Position numbers and translations under genes: made by a program
Origin: Eledone cirrhosa
Taxonomy: Eukaryota
Assembly: GCA_964016885.1 (NCBI GenBank)
Contig: OZ024742.1
Span: 75,206,001-75,270,000, forward strand
DNA length: 64,000 nt
Reading direction: 5' to 3'
Shown here: positions 42,266-59,009 of the stretch, piece after piece
Layout of the letters: every line of letters starts with the position of its first letter
Position numbering within the stretch: position 1 is the first letter of the stretch
The notes under the pieces: generated by a model
Told to the model about the DNA's origin: nothing
Seen by the model: only the letters and a program-made list of their open reading frames with translations
Database searches by the model: none

Positions 42266-42359
42266 CCTCTTGAAAAGTTCGGCTATTTATTTACCAGACT
42301 AAACATTCTAATTTAGTCCAGAAATCGCCGTCGAAACGGCTTGAGCTCTGACGTCGGGG
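42266..42359 (+). ncRNA. Hammerhead ribozyme, U3-A8 variant with extended stem II
   Basis: cctc-TTGAAAA-gttcggc...gccgtc-GAAA-cggcttgagctctgacg-TC-gggg; homolog of 15831-15922. Confidence 0.7.
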
Positions 42360-42370
42360 TCATACTTTTT

Positions 42371-42432
<62 letters not shown>

Positions 42433-42643
42433 CGTATCGAGAGAGAGAAAAAAAAGGAAGGATAGGTGATACATGTAGTTATTTGGCAAATAGCGTATGC
42501 AAAAGGTGCTCAATACTAGTGCCGGCAGTATTAAATAATAGAAGTGTTAATATTTAGTGGGTGAGAGAGTTAGCAGAGCGTAAGCAGGTGGAAAAGTAAG
42601 AAATCGGAGAACAGACCGTTAAAACATGTTTATTTAAAACACC

Positions 42644-42680
42644 ACCTACGTACGTTTCGCCCAGTTGGGCTTGTCAAGGG
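42644..42680 (-). ncRNA. Minimal hammerhead ribozyme, U3-A8 variant
   Basis: cc-TTGACAA-gccc-aact-gggc-GAAA-cgtacg-TA-gg; palindromic stem III acgtacgt. Confidence 0.82.
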
Positions 42681-43049
42681 TATAAACAACCAAAAGTGTT
42701 CCTTACATTGCTCGGAAAGTGTTTTGGGGGTTAAGTTCACGTCGTAATTCATTCCTCGCAAAAAAAGCGTGTTTTGATTTTGCAGTAGGTCATGGGAGGT
42801 AACTCTGGCCGGTGTTAGGGCAGTCTTTCACGGACAAATTTTTTATCCGTTACAAGATGTGGTTACAACCTTACCATTGTCAATACGCACAGGGTCAGGT
42901 AATCAACGCTTATTTTGAGACGTTTGTTTTTCCGCACCTGCCGGCCTGGGTTGTTTGAGGCTGCATCTGGGATGCATGATTATTTTCCTGGGTGTTTTTT
43001 TTGCAGCCCCTCCCTGCCCGCCTGGGTGTTAAAGCTTGTTGCAGGGAGA

Positions 43050-45799
43050 CCCGGTACACGTTTTCACTCCTCATCCTTAACCCATCTGAAGAAGGATATT
43101 TTTAAGCGATGTGTTGATGAGCTCGTGGGGTGCAGTTATGATGTGGTAGAGCTCCATGAGGCAAAGATCGCACTTCCCCTTGAAGTTGTACGGTGCAACC
43201 CTGCCGACAATATCCCAGTGCGCGGAGAAGCTGATGTTTAAGTCTTTTAATGATGTGCTGTAGTCCGCGAGCGAAGTAGAGTGTCTTAATTTCTTATTTG
43301 TGAAAGAGAAGAGATGTGTTCGAAATCTAATTTTTAACGGGCCGGAGGTAGCCCCTATATAATGTTTAACGCTATTGTGGCTAGTTACAGTGCACCTATA
43401 TATAACCCTATCAGTCAAACAGTATCCTCTAAAGGGGCAGCGTCCCCTGTCGCGGCAGTTGCAATTTCTGTCGCGGTTCCTTCCACTTCCCACGGTTAGG
43501 CTACCATTGTTGCTATCTACGTTGTTATCTACGCTCCTGCACCTCTCGTTAGCACCATTACAACCCACAGTGCGCGGGGTGGTACGATTCTTATTCCGCA
43601 CGTCATGTCCTGCATGTTCCCCAGTCATGTCGCGGTTATGCTGGTTGCGTCTGTAGAAGCCGTTGCCAGGACTATTGGATGCTGCTAGGGAGTTGTTAAG
43701 GACGATATAATTATTGTCAGGTTTAGGTGCGTCTGTGCTAAGGTGCTGTGTCTTGGTGATCTTACTGTGGTTCGTTGTTCCTATGATGTCTGCTAGGCTA
43801 GGAGTAGTAGAGAAGGATATTTTTATATTGTTCCCATTAAGAATGTTTCTATACCTATGGTTGGGCGGGAAGTAATTCTCTAAGGCTTCGAAGAATATCC
43901 GGGGTATGTTGGAGGCCACACTCCAAGAGTAGAGGGGGTGGAACCATAGGACGTTACGGTGGCGATTACGTGTCCTTGTACGTTTGCTACGGGTGGTTCC
44001 ATCGAGGTGACCGTTCTTATGTATGTTAATGCGCTGTAGCCCATTACGTGCCCCTTTCACTTAATGCTCGGGTGCACTCTTCTTCCTTCTTCCATGTTTA
44101 TGTACAGGAAGATGTTGGTTGGAAAGCGTTGGTAGTAGCCCGTTGCCTTTGTTGATCTTATAGTAGGGGAATAATTCGAGTAGGCTATAGTGGTCACTGT
44201 CACCGAGGTCGTGATCTTTATTGTGTGGTAAGTTACCTATACCATCGCCAGTATAATTAACGTTGCGGCCGTGTTCCTTAGTGCGATTATCTATACTATT
44301 ATATCCGACTCCTACGAAGTCGCCGCGTGATCGGTTATAGGCATGGCTTACTATAACGTTCGTTTTATGAGGGGCGGTGGTTTCTAGAGCTAGCGTTAGG
44401 GATATAGGAAATTCCTCGATTAAAGCCGGCGCTTATCAAGGCCCTATTGTAGTAATCTGCCGCTTGGTTGAAGATATCCTAATTGGCGGAGAGCCCCGAG
44501 ATTCTATGTGAGATGCTATATACAATGGAGTTGAGAGTCTGCTTAGTGTGGTTGGAGGCATAATTAATATAAGAAAGGCACTCTCCAGGCTTATGGTATG
44601 GCTTGTGTATGCCCGTACTCATCCCCAGGGTCACCTCCAGGAAGTTGACAAACTGGTGGTTGAGGTCCATAGTTACGGATAGGCCGTATGACTTGAAGAA
44701 CCTGTGTATATGTTTGTTAAGGTTCTTTAGTCTACGAGGCTATGGTTCCTAACGCTAAACAGGGCGTCGTCCCTATATACACCTACTTGTAGGGCCGGTA
44801 TATTGTTCCTAAGCTTATGGGGGAGGTATATCCTGACCAGGTCAGTTGCTTGCGCTGAGTCACTGGACCCCATCGTGACATCGAAGTTATCAGGACGTTT
44901 GGTTCTGGTCCAGTGGGAGCCTTCGAACTGGATAATGGTTCTACGCGCCGCTAAAACTATGTCTATTTCTTTTTTAGTGAGGCTAGTGTTAGATTTAGCT
45001 AATATGAGTGCCTTATTTAAGAGTATGGGGGAGATAGAGGCGTAGTAACTATCTATGTCTAACTGGATGAACTTCAGGGTGATCTATCCGGCAACTCTGT
45101 GAACCAATTTATGACCTGGTCGGTGTTTCCCCAGAGGAAGACCTTAGCCTTTCTATTTAGCTCCAGTAGTACTCTACTGAGGATCACTTTACTAATCTTA
45201 CCTATATCAGAGGAGCTTTCATTAAAGTTACATTTGTGATCCTTAAGAGAGCATCTAGGCGTCAGAGGGACGTACGAGTTAGTGTACTTTTCCATTACTA
45301 AGCTGGTAACTATATCATTCCCTACTCTATTTATGTCATTTAGGGTATTAAAGGGTGTCTTTTTGTAGTCTTTGTGTAGTTCCTTATAAATGAATTTGTT
45401 ATACTTGCTCGCGTCCATCTTGTACAGCTTCTTGGTTTTGTCGGAGGTGACGAAGAGGTGCGGGTCATTCTTGATCTTAGTTATGAGTGTATCAAGGAAG
45501 GTTAAGAATGGATTACTGCATCGATGTTTCTTTCTGAACTTAACGTTTTTGATCATTTTCAGCAGGTCCTCCTCAAAGGAGTCTAGTAAGGTGTTGTGCG
45601 GTGGGTTTCGGTATGTTTTGAAGCCATACCTCTCTTTAGGTTCAGGAAGGTTACGGGTGTTCTTATCCAGGTGGTAGGCCTTCTATCTGACTCTCCGTAT
45701 AAACGAGTTAGAAGCGTCTATAAGCAGTTTGAGGTGGGGTTTTCTGCTGAGTAAGGGGATACATTTGAGAAAAATGGGTAACCTCTGGTTCTCCAACAT
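43050..45799 (-). pseudogene. PLE RT plus GIY-YIG polyprotein, disrupted
   Basis: Collinear ORF pieces 45074-45556, 44479-44670 and 43077-44060, with stops and frameshifts. Confidence 0.88.
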
Positions 45800-46062
45800 T
45801 ATGGCAAATAAAGTGAGATGCTCGACAAAAGGAGCACGGTAATAAAGTATTTACGTATCGAGAGAGAGAAAAAACGAAGGATAGGTGATACATGTAGTTA
45901 TTTGCCAAATAGCGTATGCAAAAGGTGCTCAATACTAATGCTGGCAGTATTAAATATTAGAAGTGTTAATATTTAGTGGGCCAGAGAGTTAGCAGAGCGT
46001 AAGCAGGTGGAAAAGTAAGAAATCGGAGAACAGACCGTTAAAACATGTTTATTTAAAACAGC

Positions 46063-46099
46063 ACCTACGTACGTTTCGCCCAGTTGGGCTTGTCAAGGG
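46063..46099 (-). ncRNA. Minimal hammerhead ribozyme, tandem copy
   Basis: Core identical to 42644-42680. Confidence 0.82.
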
Positions 46100-47850
46100 G
46101 ATAAATAACCAAAAGTGTTCCTTACATTGCTCGGAAAGTGTTTTGGGGGTTAAGTTCACGTCGTAATTCATTCCTCGCAAAAAAAGCGTGTTTTGATTTT
46201 GCAGTAGGTCATGGGAGGTAACTCTGGCCGGTGTTAGGGCAGTCTTTCACGGACAAATTTTTTATCCGTTACAAGATGTGGTTACAACCTTACCATTGTC
46301 AATACGCACAGGGTCAGGTAATCAACGCTTATTTTGAGACGTTTGTTTTTCCGCACCTGCCGGCCTGGGTCGTTTGAGGCGGGGTCAGCGATGCATGGTT
46401 AGATTCCCGGGTGTTTTTTTGCAGCGCCTGCCCGCCTGGGTGTTAAAGCTTATTGCAGGGAGACCCGGTACACGTTTTCACTCCTCATCCTTAACCCATC
46501 TGAAGAAGGATATTTTTAAGCGATGTGTACAACTTGTCGTCGTTTCAGCTCTGCTGTTGATGAGCTCGTGGGGGTGCAGTTATGATGTGGTAGAGCTCCA
46601 TGAGGCAAAGATCGCACTTCCCCTTGAAGTTGTACGGTGCAGCCCTGCCGACAATATCCCAGTGCCGGGAGAAGCTGATATTTAAGTCTTTTAATGATGT
46701 GATGTAGTCCGCGAGCGAAGTGGAGTGTCTTAATTTCTTATTTGTGAAAGAGTGGAGATGTGTTCGAATTCTAATTTTTAACGGGCCGGAGGTAGCCCCT
46801 ATATAATGTTTAACGCTATTGTGGCTAGTTACAGTGCACCTATATATAACCCTCTCAGTCAAACAGTATCCTCTATCGGAGCAGCGTCCCCTGTCGCGGC
46901 AGTTGCAATTTCTGTCGCGGTTCCTTCCTACGGTTAGGCTATTATTGTTGCTATCTACGTTTTTATCTACGCCCCCGCACCTGTCGTTAGAGCCATTACA
47001 ACCCACAGTGCGCGGGGTCGTACGATTCTTATTCCGCACGTCATGTCCTGCATGTTCCCCAGTCATGTCGCAGTTATGCTGGTTGCGTCAATAGAGGCTG
47101 TTGCCAGCACTGTTGGATGCTACTAGGGAGTTGTTAAGGCCGATATAATTATTGTCAGGTGTAGGTGCGTCTGTGCTAAGGTGCTGTGTCTTGGTGATCT
47201 TACTGTGGTTCGTTGTTCCTATGATGTCTGCTAGGATAGGAGTAGTATAGAAGGATATTTTTATATTGTTCCCATTAAGAATGTTTCTATACCTATGGTT
47301 GGGCGGGAAGTTCTTCTCTAAGGCTTCGAAGAATATCCGGGGTATGTTGGAGGCCACACTCCGAGAGAAGAGGGGTTGAACCATAGGATGTTACGGTGGC
47401 GATTACGTGTCCTTGTACGTTTGCTACGGGTGGTTCCATTAAGGTGATCGTTCTTATGTATGTTAATGCGCTGTACCCGGTTACGTGCCCTTTTCACTTT
47501 ATGCTCGGGCGCACTCTTCTTCCTTCTTCCATGTTTATGTACAGGAAGATGTTGGTTGCAAGGCGTTGGTAGTAGGCCGTCGCCTTTGTTGATTTTATAG
47601 TAGGGGAATAATTCAAGTAGGCTTCAGTGGTCACTGTCACCGAGGTCGTGATCTTTATTGTGTGGTAAGTTACCTATACCATCGCCAGTGTAATTAACGT
47701 TGCGGCCGTGTTCCTTAGTGCGATTATCTATACTATTATATCCGACTCCTACGAAGTGGCCGTGTGATCGGTTATAGGCATGGCTTACTGTAACATTCGT
47801 TTTATGAGGGGGGTGGTATATATATATATACATATTTATATATACATATA

Positions 47851-50297
<2,447 letters not shown>

Positions 50298-53200
50298 AAA
50301 AGCGTAGAAATAACGAACCATACGACACATTACATTGAAGAAATATATTAGTTTAACGCTTGATACACACACACACACAGACACACACACACATATACTA
50401 CATATACACACAGCTTATTCATTCACACACACATATGTATATACGGTTTGTTTGTGTCTTTTTGGGACCCGCAGGAAAATTATGGTCTAGACGTATTGAT
50501 CGATTTAATTTCTGAGAAATTTATTATGAAGTAATACATTGCTTGGATATCTTATATGTCTGTATGTCCATTTGAATTTTCCATTTCTATCATAAACGTG
50601 TCTCTTCTTTACTATTGGGATTACACAGATGAAGAAAGATATAAATTAATATGTTGAGTGTATATCATTTGATTTAGATGGAGACATTCCAATTATATAT
50701 ATGTTCATAGTAAGACACATTTCAAAAGCTGATTTATTACAGGCAAGGATTAAAAAAAAGGAAAACAGTAAGGAAAGAAAAATTGGTTTTCTGTTGGAAA
50801 ATAAATGACTTCCTTTATAAAAAGATATTCAATTCATAATTTCGATTGAGTGGAGAAAATATGAATAAAATACTCATAACAATAAAAAAAAAAAACGAAA
50901 TTTGAAAGCTATGAATTTATTATACATGGAATATGTATAATGGGGAAAATAATATAAAAACCAATGTAAGTTGATGCTTCCTTTCTTTGAGTTGTAAGAG
51001 CATATTGGTACTGCTTCGGCTCGAATAATAGAATTGCAACATTGCGTCAAATCATGCAAACGGATGTATATTGATTGTGCAAAGAGAGTGACGTCAAGAC
51101 GTCCACTGGACATTCTATTACCTTGTAACTGGTGTTAATTTGTTTTCTCCAATAGCTAAATTTCAGTTGAGCACTAAAACTTAAGGAATTAATAATAATT
51201 TATAAATTCAAATCACTGGTTCAAATTGTGAGTAGTGAATTGTGTTTCCTGTGAGCACCTATATTGGTCTACTGGGCTATTTTTTAAATTATATGAATGG
51301 ACCCTGATCATGTAAACCTATCATTACAAACCTTTCAGTGGTACCATCCTTCCTTTCGAAAACATTGGGGTATATTTGACAGGTATTAGTAGTAGGACAT
51401 AGCAGTAAGTAGAAACCTCCTCATGATTTCTTCGCAAACAGACTGAAAATCTGTGAAAACTTGTCGGGAGGTTTATGATACGTATGTATGTTTAACATTA
51501 TCATTATTAGGTAATTGTCAAACCTGCTATACATAGTAAATTAATCTCCCTACTGTCTCAAGTTATGTTCCAGACAAAGAATAATGCCCTTCATCATAAT
51601 GATGATTCTTCTATACTGACTTTGGTCCATACAACTACAACAACAATGCTTTTAAGCTGTGTCATGAGTGGGGAATTAGAGTGTTACAGAATCATGTCAT
51701 ACACCTGGGGCTTTAATATGAATTTAATGCAAAAGAATATCGAAACGAAATTGTGTAGTCAGCTTACCTCGAAAATACTGTAATCGCATTTAGTTAATAG
51801 AAATTACAAATACACACCATTCTTTTTTTCTGTTTGTTTGTTTTTTTTTGTGCATAAATCTAAAGGGGGATTTACAAGAATAAACCTAACCAGTAAGAAA
51901 ATTGTTCTGCCTCGAAAAAACATGAGAGTTATTTGTTTCCCAAAGAGTTTCTATATTTAAAGGGTGAGTGGACTGGTGAAATAATATTTCTTTATTCTAA
52001 TAGCAATAAATATTCAGATGACTTCGAGTAAATGGGACAAACCCTGCATGGTTTCTTGTGTTGTTAGAACTAACAGTTCCAACTTCCACAAATCCCAATC
52101 TGACATAGTAAAAGGACAGGGTGGACAAAATGCATAATATTGTTGTAAATATATTGTGCCAAACATAAATAGATGGCATGGTCATGGATGGAAGTCGTTT
52201 TGGCATAAATCTGCTGGAACACAAAATATTCACATAACAATAGTTGAGTGATAGTATACTATTAAGTTTCATACATTTTCTGGTATTTCATATTAAGTAA
52301 AACCATTCCTAACATCTACATAATAGCGGTGACAATTGGTTGTAATTTTAGCACATTCACTTAAATCATTCACAATTTCCACTTACTATTTGAAACGAAA
52401 ATTTTACTGCACGTCCACATAGTAGTTTTTACATGCCGCTCCTCATATATGTTGAAATATAAGCTCTTTTTCATGTAGTCCAACCACAGCCTCATCGATA
52501 ATATTCACCACTTTAAACATTACAACGTTATCAATATCTCGAACATATTCTGAAAATATTAATAAAATAAATAGGCGAGTTCTTTAAAGAGACATCTTTG
52601 AAAAGAGTTATATCACATTAACATTTAGATATCATCAAAAAGTTGTCATAGTAATATAAAAGAATCGCCTAATAGCATTTGAAAAGCTGAAATTTGAAAT
52701 ATCTTAAGATTTCTAAAACATTAGAGAATGTTCATATCATAATCAACGCTTGCTCGGAAATCACAGGTTCTTAACTTCTAAAGAAACGTGTACGTAAGTA
52801 CTTACATCTTTTTTCTGTCAGACTTTTAATGACATCATTGTCCCGACAGATGTTTCAGAGGGAGTTTCAAGAGACCACGAGTGATAAATATCAAACGAAT
52901 ATACATAAAGCAACAACAGCACCACTACTGCTACTGCTGCTCGTGTGCTTCACAGTAACAGACACATGAAGGGAATTAAGAAATTTCTTAAGCAATGAAG
53001 CAAAATAAATCTACGAAGTAAGCAGTGATTTACTTGAATATTTGATAGATGTCTGTTCACTTTTGCAATTAATTCTCATATGTATTTTTAGTTGCATATA
53101 TATTTATGTTCTTTTTCTTGTTGCTGTTGCTAATGTTACATTTGCTATTGCCGAGGATATTTCTGTAGAGTTAATTTATAGATGAATTGATTCTCCGAAA

Positions 53201-54139
53201 TGGTTTCTACTCCTAGTTGTAGCAATTTCCGCCCCTAATTCTGTTACTGGGAAATACACAATAGTCACAAATATTAGTGTCAGAGGAATACGGGACATAT
53301 CAATGTTAACAATTATGCAATGCTTATAATACGCAAAATCTCACGATGTCATGAAAAATTATATAAAAATAAGTGAGCAGTATCTAATAAAAATAAACTA
53401 CACTACTAAAGGGAACAGAAAAGAAAATGAAAAGGAGAAAAATAAAGAAGGATCAAACGGCAAAGGAAAGGGGGAGGGGGAAGGACAGTCACTACACCCC
53501 AGTCTGAGTGGTACCTCAGCTGACCCTGCGGTCAAAACGACAAAAGCGTTGCCCCAGAGAATCACCACAGACCCCGCTGCAACAGCAACCCCACATTACA
53601 GAGCTCCCTCCTCCATCGGACTGCCGTCTTTCCGACTTTACGGAGGAAATGTATAACCTTAATTGAGAGAATCTATCACTCTGTGACCAAAGGCTCTCCA
53701 TCCATAACAATCACATCATTGGATCAAATATATTCTTTAACCGATGATTGAAAGAGTTATTGCTATTTCTAGCAAATGAACCAACGTGATGACGTTGGGG
53801 CACCGTCACTTTTAATCGTTTAGCCAGAGGAAGAAGGAAGCCCCCATGACCCGCTTCAGGGCCTCCGAACCAAGTTGAAGAAAGTTATTTTTAAACCAGA
53901 AGTCTACCAGGAATGCATGTAGAATGGATGTCTCTAAAGTCACCCACTAAAAGTAACGGTATTAATCCGGTTGAGGGACTTACGTCATTGATAATTTTCA
54001 ATTTTAATACCCTTGATTGCTATATTCTAGGAGCTGAATTTATGAGAATAAAGTAGGAACAGGTAAAAGGGTGACGGGTGTTCACTTTACATTACAGTCG
54101 CGACTGAATACGAAAGCATTTTGAGTTCAATTCAAAACC

Positions 54140-54315
54140 AACCACAAGAACACACACATGTATACGCACACAAGTCACACACACACACATACACACACAC
54201 ACAAAGCATACAAACAAACACACACACATACACTCACACACAACGCATACAAACAAACACACATACATACACACAACACACACACATCGCATACACACAA
54301 ACACACACACATTCA
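54140..54315. repeat. Degenerate (CA)n tract
   Basis: Direct reading. Confidence 0.9.
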
Positions 54316-54709
54316 ATCAAGAATACAAAACAAATGTGGTACTCCCAAGAACTAAAACAAAAATGACAAAAAATATGTAGAAATGCAGGAGATATTTGTT
54401 ATGAGAACAGAACCAAAACAAAGAAAAAAGATTTGAATTCATGGCAGACAAATGGATATATTTGTGAAAGTGAAAAGACAGAACATTGTTACCAAAGAGT
54501 AACAAAATATCAGGAAAAGAAAAAGTCAATATGACATTGTTTTAAAAATAGAAAAAAATTTCTAAGAAAGAACAACGTTCCATTGATGCCGGGAAGCAAG
54601 CGGAAAGAGAGGTCAGAAAATCGTGACTGACTTATAAATGCATAGAGTGTCACAATGCGTGGACATACACATCCAGATATTCAAACACACATACGTGCCT
54701 TAGATCAAA

Positions 54710-54711
<2 letters not shown>

Positions 54712-54788
<77 letters not shown>

Positions 54789-54811
54789 ATATGTATATGT
54801 ATATATATATG

Positions 54812-54907
<96 letters not shown>

Positions 54908-54918
54908 TATATGTATAT

Positions 54919-54976
<58 letters not shown>

Positions 54977-54990
54977 GTATATATACATAC

Positions 54991-55077
<87 letters not shown>

Positions 55078-55194
55078 TGTATATATATTTATATACATTT
55101 CTCTTTTGTTGTTTCAAAATAATACAGACATACATATAGACACAAATATATACGAACACACAGGTACGCATACATATATGTATGTATGTACGTA

Positions 55195-55266
<72 letters not shown>
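54712..55266. repeat. Long interrupted (TA)n microsatellite
   Basis: Direct reading. Confidence 0.95.
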
Positions 55267-55269
<3 letters not shown>

Positions 55270-55643
55270 ATGAACGAGTACCTGTGTATCTGTGCTAACG
55301 TGTCTTTGCCTGGATATATACGTGACAATAGTTTGAAATGGATATATATGTATATTATGTATTCAAATTGATAAAATTTATACTTGCATATATTTTATTT
55401 TTCCAATACATCCACACCCACACATACACACATACATGTGTAAATATGTTGAACTCAGCAAGAAATCCTGCTGAGTAAGAAATCAGATGTGATAGTGTAC
55501 AAAAATACGTATGTATATATATCCGATATTGTGGTTGCACACATGAGTCTTATAAATGCAAGCATATGACAACGTTCATGAATAACTCCGGGTCATACAA
55601 GTGTGACATGTGGTGTTATCAGTCGCTAACTCTTGGTTTTGCA

Positions 55644-55685
55644 GACACACACATACACGCACACACACGCACACACACGCGCACG

Positions 55686-55776
<91 letters not shown>

Positions 55777-55790
55777 ACACACACACATAC
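55644..55790. repeat. (CA)n microsatellite
   Basis: Direct reading. Confidence 0.95.
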
Positions 55791-58313
55791 ATATGTATAT
55801 ATTTTACATATATATCACATTGACGTTGATATCTTTTTGTGTACATCTTCTTTTATACCGACTGTATTTCCTTTATTGACCCTGCGTGTTCAAGCTCAGC
55901 CATATCCAGTTTTTTCAGATACGATGAAATACAGAGTATAAAATTTGTCAAAACTCTTCCAACGGAGCTGTAACATTGCTGAATGATATTATAGATGGTG
56001 TATGCTTTCGATTGCGCTCCATAGTTAAGATGTTGATTATTTATTCTTTGCCGTATATTTATAACAGCTAGTATCTTTCGAGTTAGAAGAATAGGGCGTT
56101 CGTTTTCGACAATGAAATTATATGTACAGTGCATTCAACGGGCTTTCACGTTTCCGTCTTTTCAATGTCACTCGCAAATTTATGTAAAGCTGGATATGAT
56201 GAAGGATACTTTCTCAAGGAAACAAGCAGTAGGATTGAACTTATCATTACAAAGCGATTCTCTTAACCAAGTTACCATGCTGCGTCTAACATGGTAGAAG
56301 ATATGTTAAGTGTATAACAAAGACTGTACTTTTAGGATTACCTACATTAGTATTGGAATATATTAAATGTAATACGATTCAAGCAAATACAAATTAAAAA
56401 GAAATTATGCATTTCATTGTTCCTTATAATATTCCAGCAATTTTATTGTTATGAAAGCAACTGTGTAATGCGAGTTTACATAATGCTCCAAAGTTATCGG
56501 TGAGACATGAATACATTGAATACCAATGCAGCGTGTGTTATGAATTAGAGAGCAATGCATATGAATCCACAAAGCATTTTACAATTGAAAGATATTAATA
56601 AAAGTAGAAAGAAAATATTATTTCAATTTAATATTTTGTTTTAAATTACTGCCATGGTCGTTTATCCAAGTTGCATAAATCACTTCAGTAAACAATTATT
56701 GTTTGCTAGATAATTTGAATTGATTTAATAAATTCATTTGTTATTCTCTCTCTAGCTCACTATCTCTCAATCGCTAACTCACTATCTCTTTCTCTTTCTA
56801 ACATCATATTTTCTGTATCTGTCGTTCTCTGCAACATCGTTTGCATTTTCATTTCTCTCTATCTTTCAGTCGAAAACAGTGCCTGTCTCTTCTGTTTCTT
56901 CTCCATCTCCCTCAAGGTCAGTAGAAGGTTATTGCTCGCCGTTCCATGTTTACTCCTCAACTACGTTCCTTACTCCATCTAACCATTTGCTGCTCTCTTT
57001 CTTTCTTTCTCACTTATTCTCTGTTTTCAGTCTCTGAATATACACATAAATCTAAGATAGAGATAACAGATTTTAATATACGAAAATGATTGTGTTTTAG
57101 CATAGCTTCCCGCAAATACACACCTGAGTAAAACTAAACAACACCTGTATCTTTGATGAGTCTCACATATCAAATCTTTTCATCCAATGAATTCAATCTA
57201 TCATCAAGTTATTAAAAAGGAGTAGTGTTATAAGCCATTCATCTTCACAAAGTTCCCCATACAGCAAATCTGGCCTTCTTTTATGCTTCACCAGATATAG
57301 CCGCTTACACCTAGCTAGGGAACCTTTGTTGGAGACTTAATAAGAAGGCACCGGTAGTATTTTGTCGCGACACAAATTGAAACTGGATGTTATCTAATCT
57401 GATTTTTGTTTTAACTAGTTTCTGCTAGTTAAAATGCCTCTGTAACTGCTCCTTAGTAGACACTCTAGGGCCCAATGTTTACGAAGCGCGCCTTGGGGGT
57501 GAAACTGGGAAGACAGAAGCTGATTAGTAGCCACTCTGATGGATTTAAAACGTCCTGTCTCCATGTAACTAAGCGTAAAATTGAATCCGTAACGAAACAC
57601 GTGTCGATTTAAATCTCCTCCTCGTCAATATCTGTATCAGTATTCTTATCATCATCGTCGTTTTCAGACGGCTCAATGCCAGGGGTCGGTATTCCTTACG
57701 CTGTCTTTATTTATTATATTATAAGCTTATCCAATACTTGGTATTATCCAACAACATAAGTTATAGTTTTTCTCTTATTGTTTTTTACATCTCGCATTGT
57801 GTTAATAGTATATATTACAAAATTTCGAAGTGAATTTCCTAACATTTTTTGTTCTCCCTTTGAAAATTGTGGCGTGGCAGTAGAGGCGAATAAACCAAAA
57901 CAAAGATTAATTCCTTTGAAGGTATAAGAGAGAGAGCAAAAATTAGGACACACCCATGGCACTCTCCAGAATTAAATGGACAAGCCACCAGCTACCGTGG
58001 AAATTATTTATCGACCCAACCATTTTCTACAACTTAGCTAAACATGCATAGGCATAAAAAGATTTCTAAACATCATTCCGCTAATTTTAATAAACTTATA
58101 CAGAGTACACAGATAAAAATTTACTCCCGGATATTTATTGTTGCTGATATTTTCTATTCTAGCACTGAACCACTGAACACACTAATAGATGCCCTCCTTA
58201 AGTATCACAACATTATTCAATATTATAAGTATTCAAAGCTGTTACTATTATGCAACTGTCTAGGTATATAAGAACTTAATTTTCTTTCATTGTTAGATAA
58301 GAAACCAATATGT

Positions 58314-58459
<146 letters not shown>

Positions 58460-58935
58460 ATATTTCGTTTCTGAATTTGTTTAGCAAGATTCTTTATCTG
58501 AAATCGTGTGTTGGAACCGATATTGTTATACTTTGGGAGGGTCATGTTGCCAATAAGAAACACACGCACCAGTTGCTTTCACTTCAAATAGATAAATGAA
58601 CACAAACACACACAGACACCCGGATGTGGCGCATGCGCAAACTGAGCACACAACACACACACAGAAACAAAATGGCGTAGGATAGAAGAAAGGAAAGGCA
58701 CAGAAACAAAGAAAGGAATCCCCAGTCACTGATGAGGTCACAGAGTGTGTGACGAAAGGACTATGACTATATATAAACAACTATCTGGTTGTGGAACCAA
58801 CCAACCAACCAGAAATTTATAAGTTTGTAAATTTGTAAATTTATAAATTTATAAATATATAATAAATTGAAGTGAAAGCAACTGGTGCGTGTGTTTCTTA
58901 TTGGCAACATGACCCTCCCAAAGTATAACAATATA
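58460..58935 (+). mobile_element. Small non-coding HHR element with 67-bp inverted duplication, between (TA)n tracts
   Basis: 58521-58587 and 58867-58933 are inverted; HHR at 58724-58768; related to 60600-61070. Confidence 0.78.
58724..58768 (+). ncRNA. Type-I hammerhead ribozyme
   Basis: agtca-CTGATGA-g-gtcaca-gagtg-tgtgac-GAAA-g-ga-c-TA-tgact; 5-bp stem I and 6-bp stem II. Confidence 0.85.
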
Positions 58936-58950
58936 TATAATACATATATG

Positions 58951-59004
<54 letters not shown>

Positions 59005-59009
59005 TATAT

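Larger units (their letters stand above)
37860..42375 (+). mobile_element. PLE 3'-UTR relic (family of 14110-15938), split by the RTE insertion
   Basis: 38415-38540 matches the reverse complement of 15120-15240; 42250-42375 matches 15815-15938 including the HHR. The left boundary is uncertain. Confidence 0.65.
42428..47817 (-). mobile_element. Nematis-like PLE: one full 3.42-kb unit plus a 1.97-kb partial tandem copy, in (TA)n
   Basis: 42428-44381 repeats at 45849-47817; ORF from about 45799 (MLENQRLPIFLKCIP) through RT (DVTMGS, VYRDDAL) to CNCRDRGRCPFRGYCL...IY...YIGAT GIY-YIG; HHR in each repeat. Confidence 0.92.

Noticed and set aside
53480-53960. Locally GC-richer segment, possibly an old retroelement fragment
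   Set aside because: No diagnostic motif found in the frames I read.
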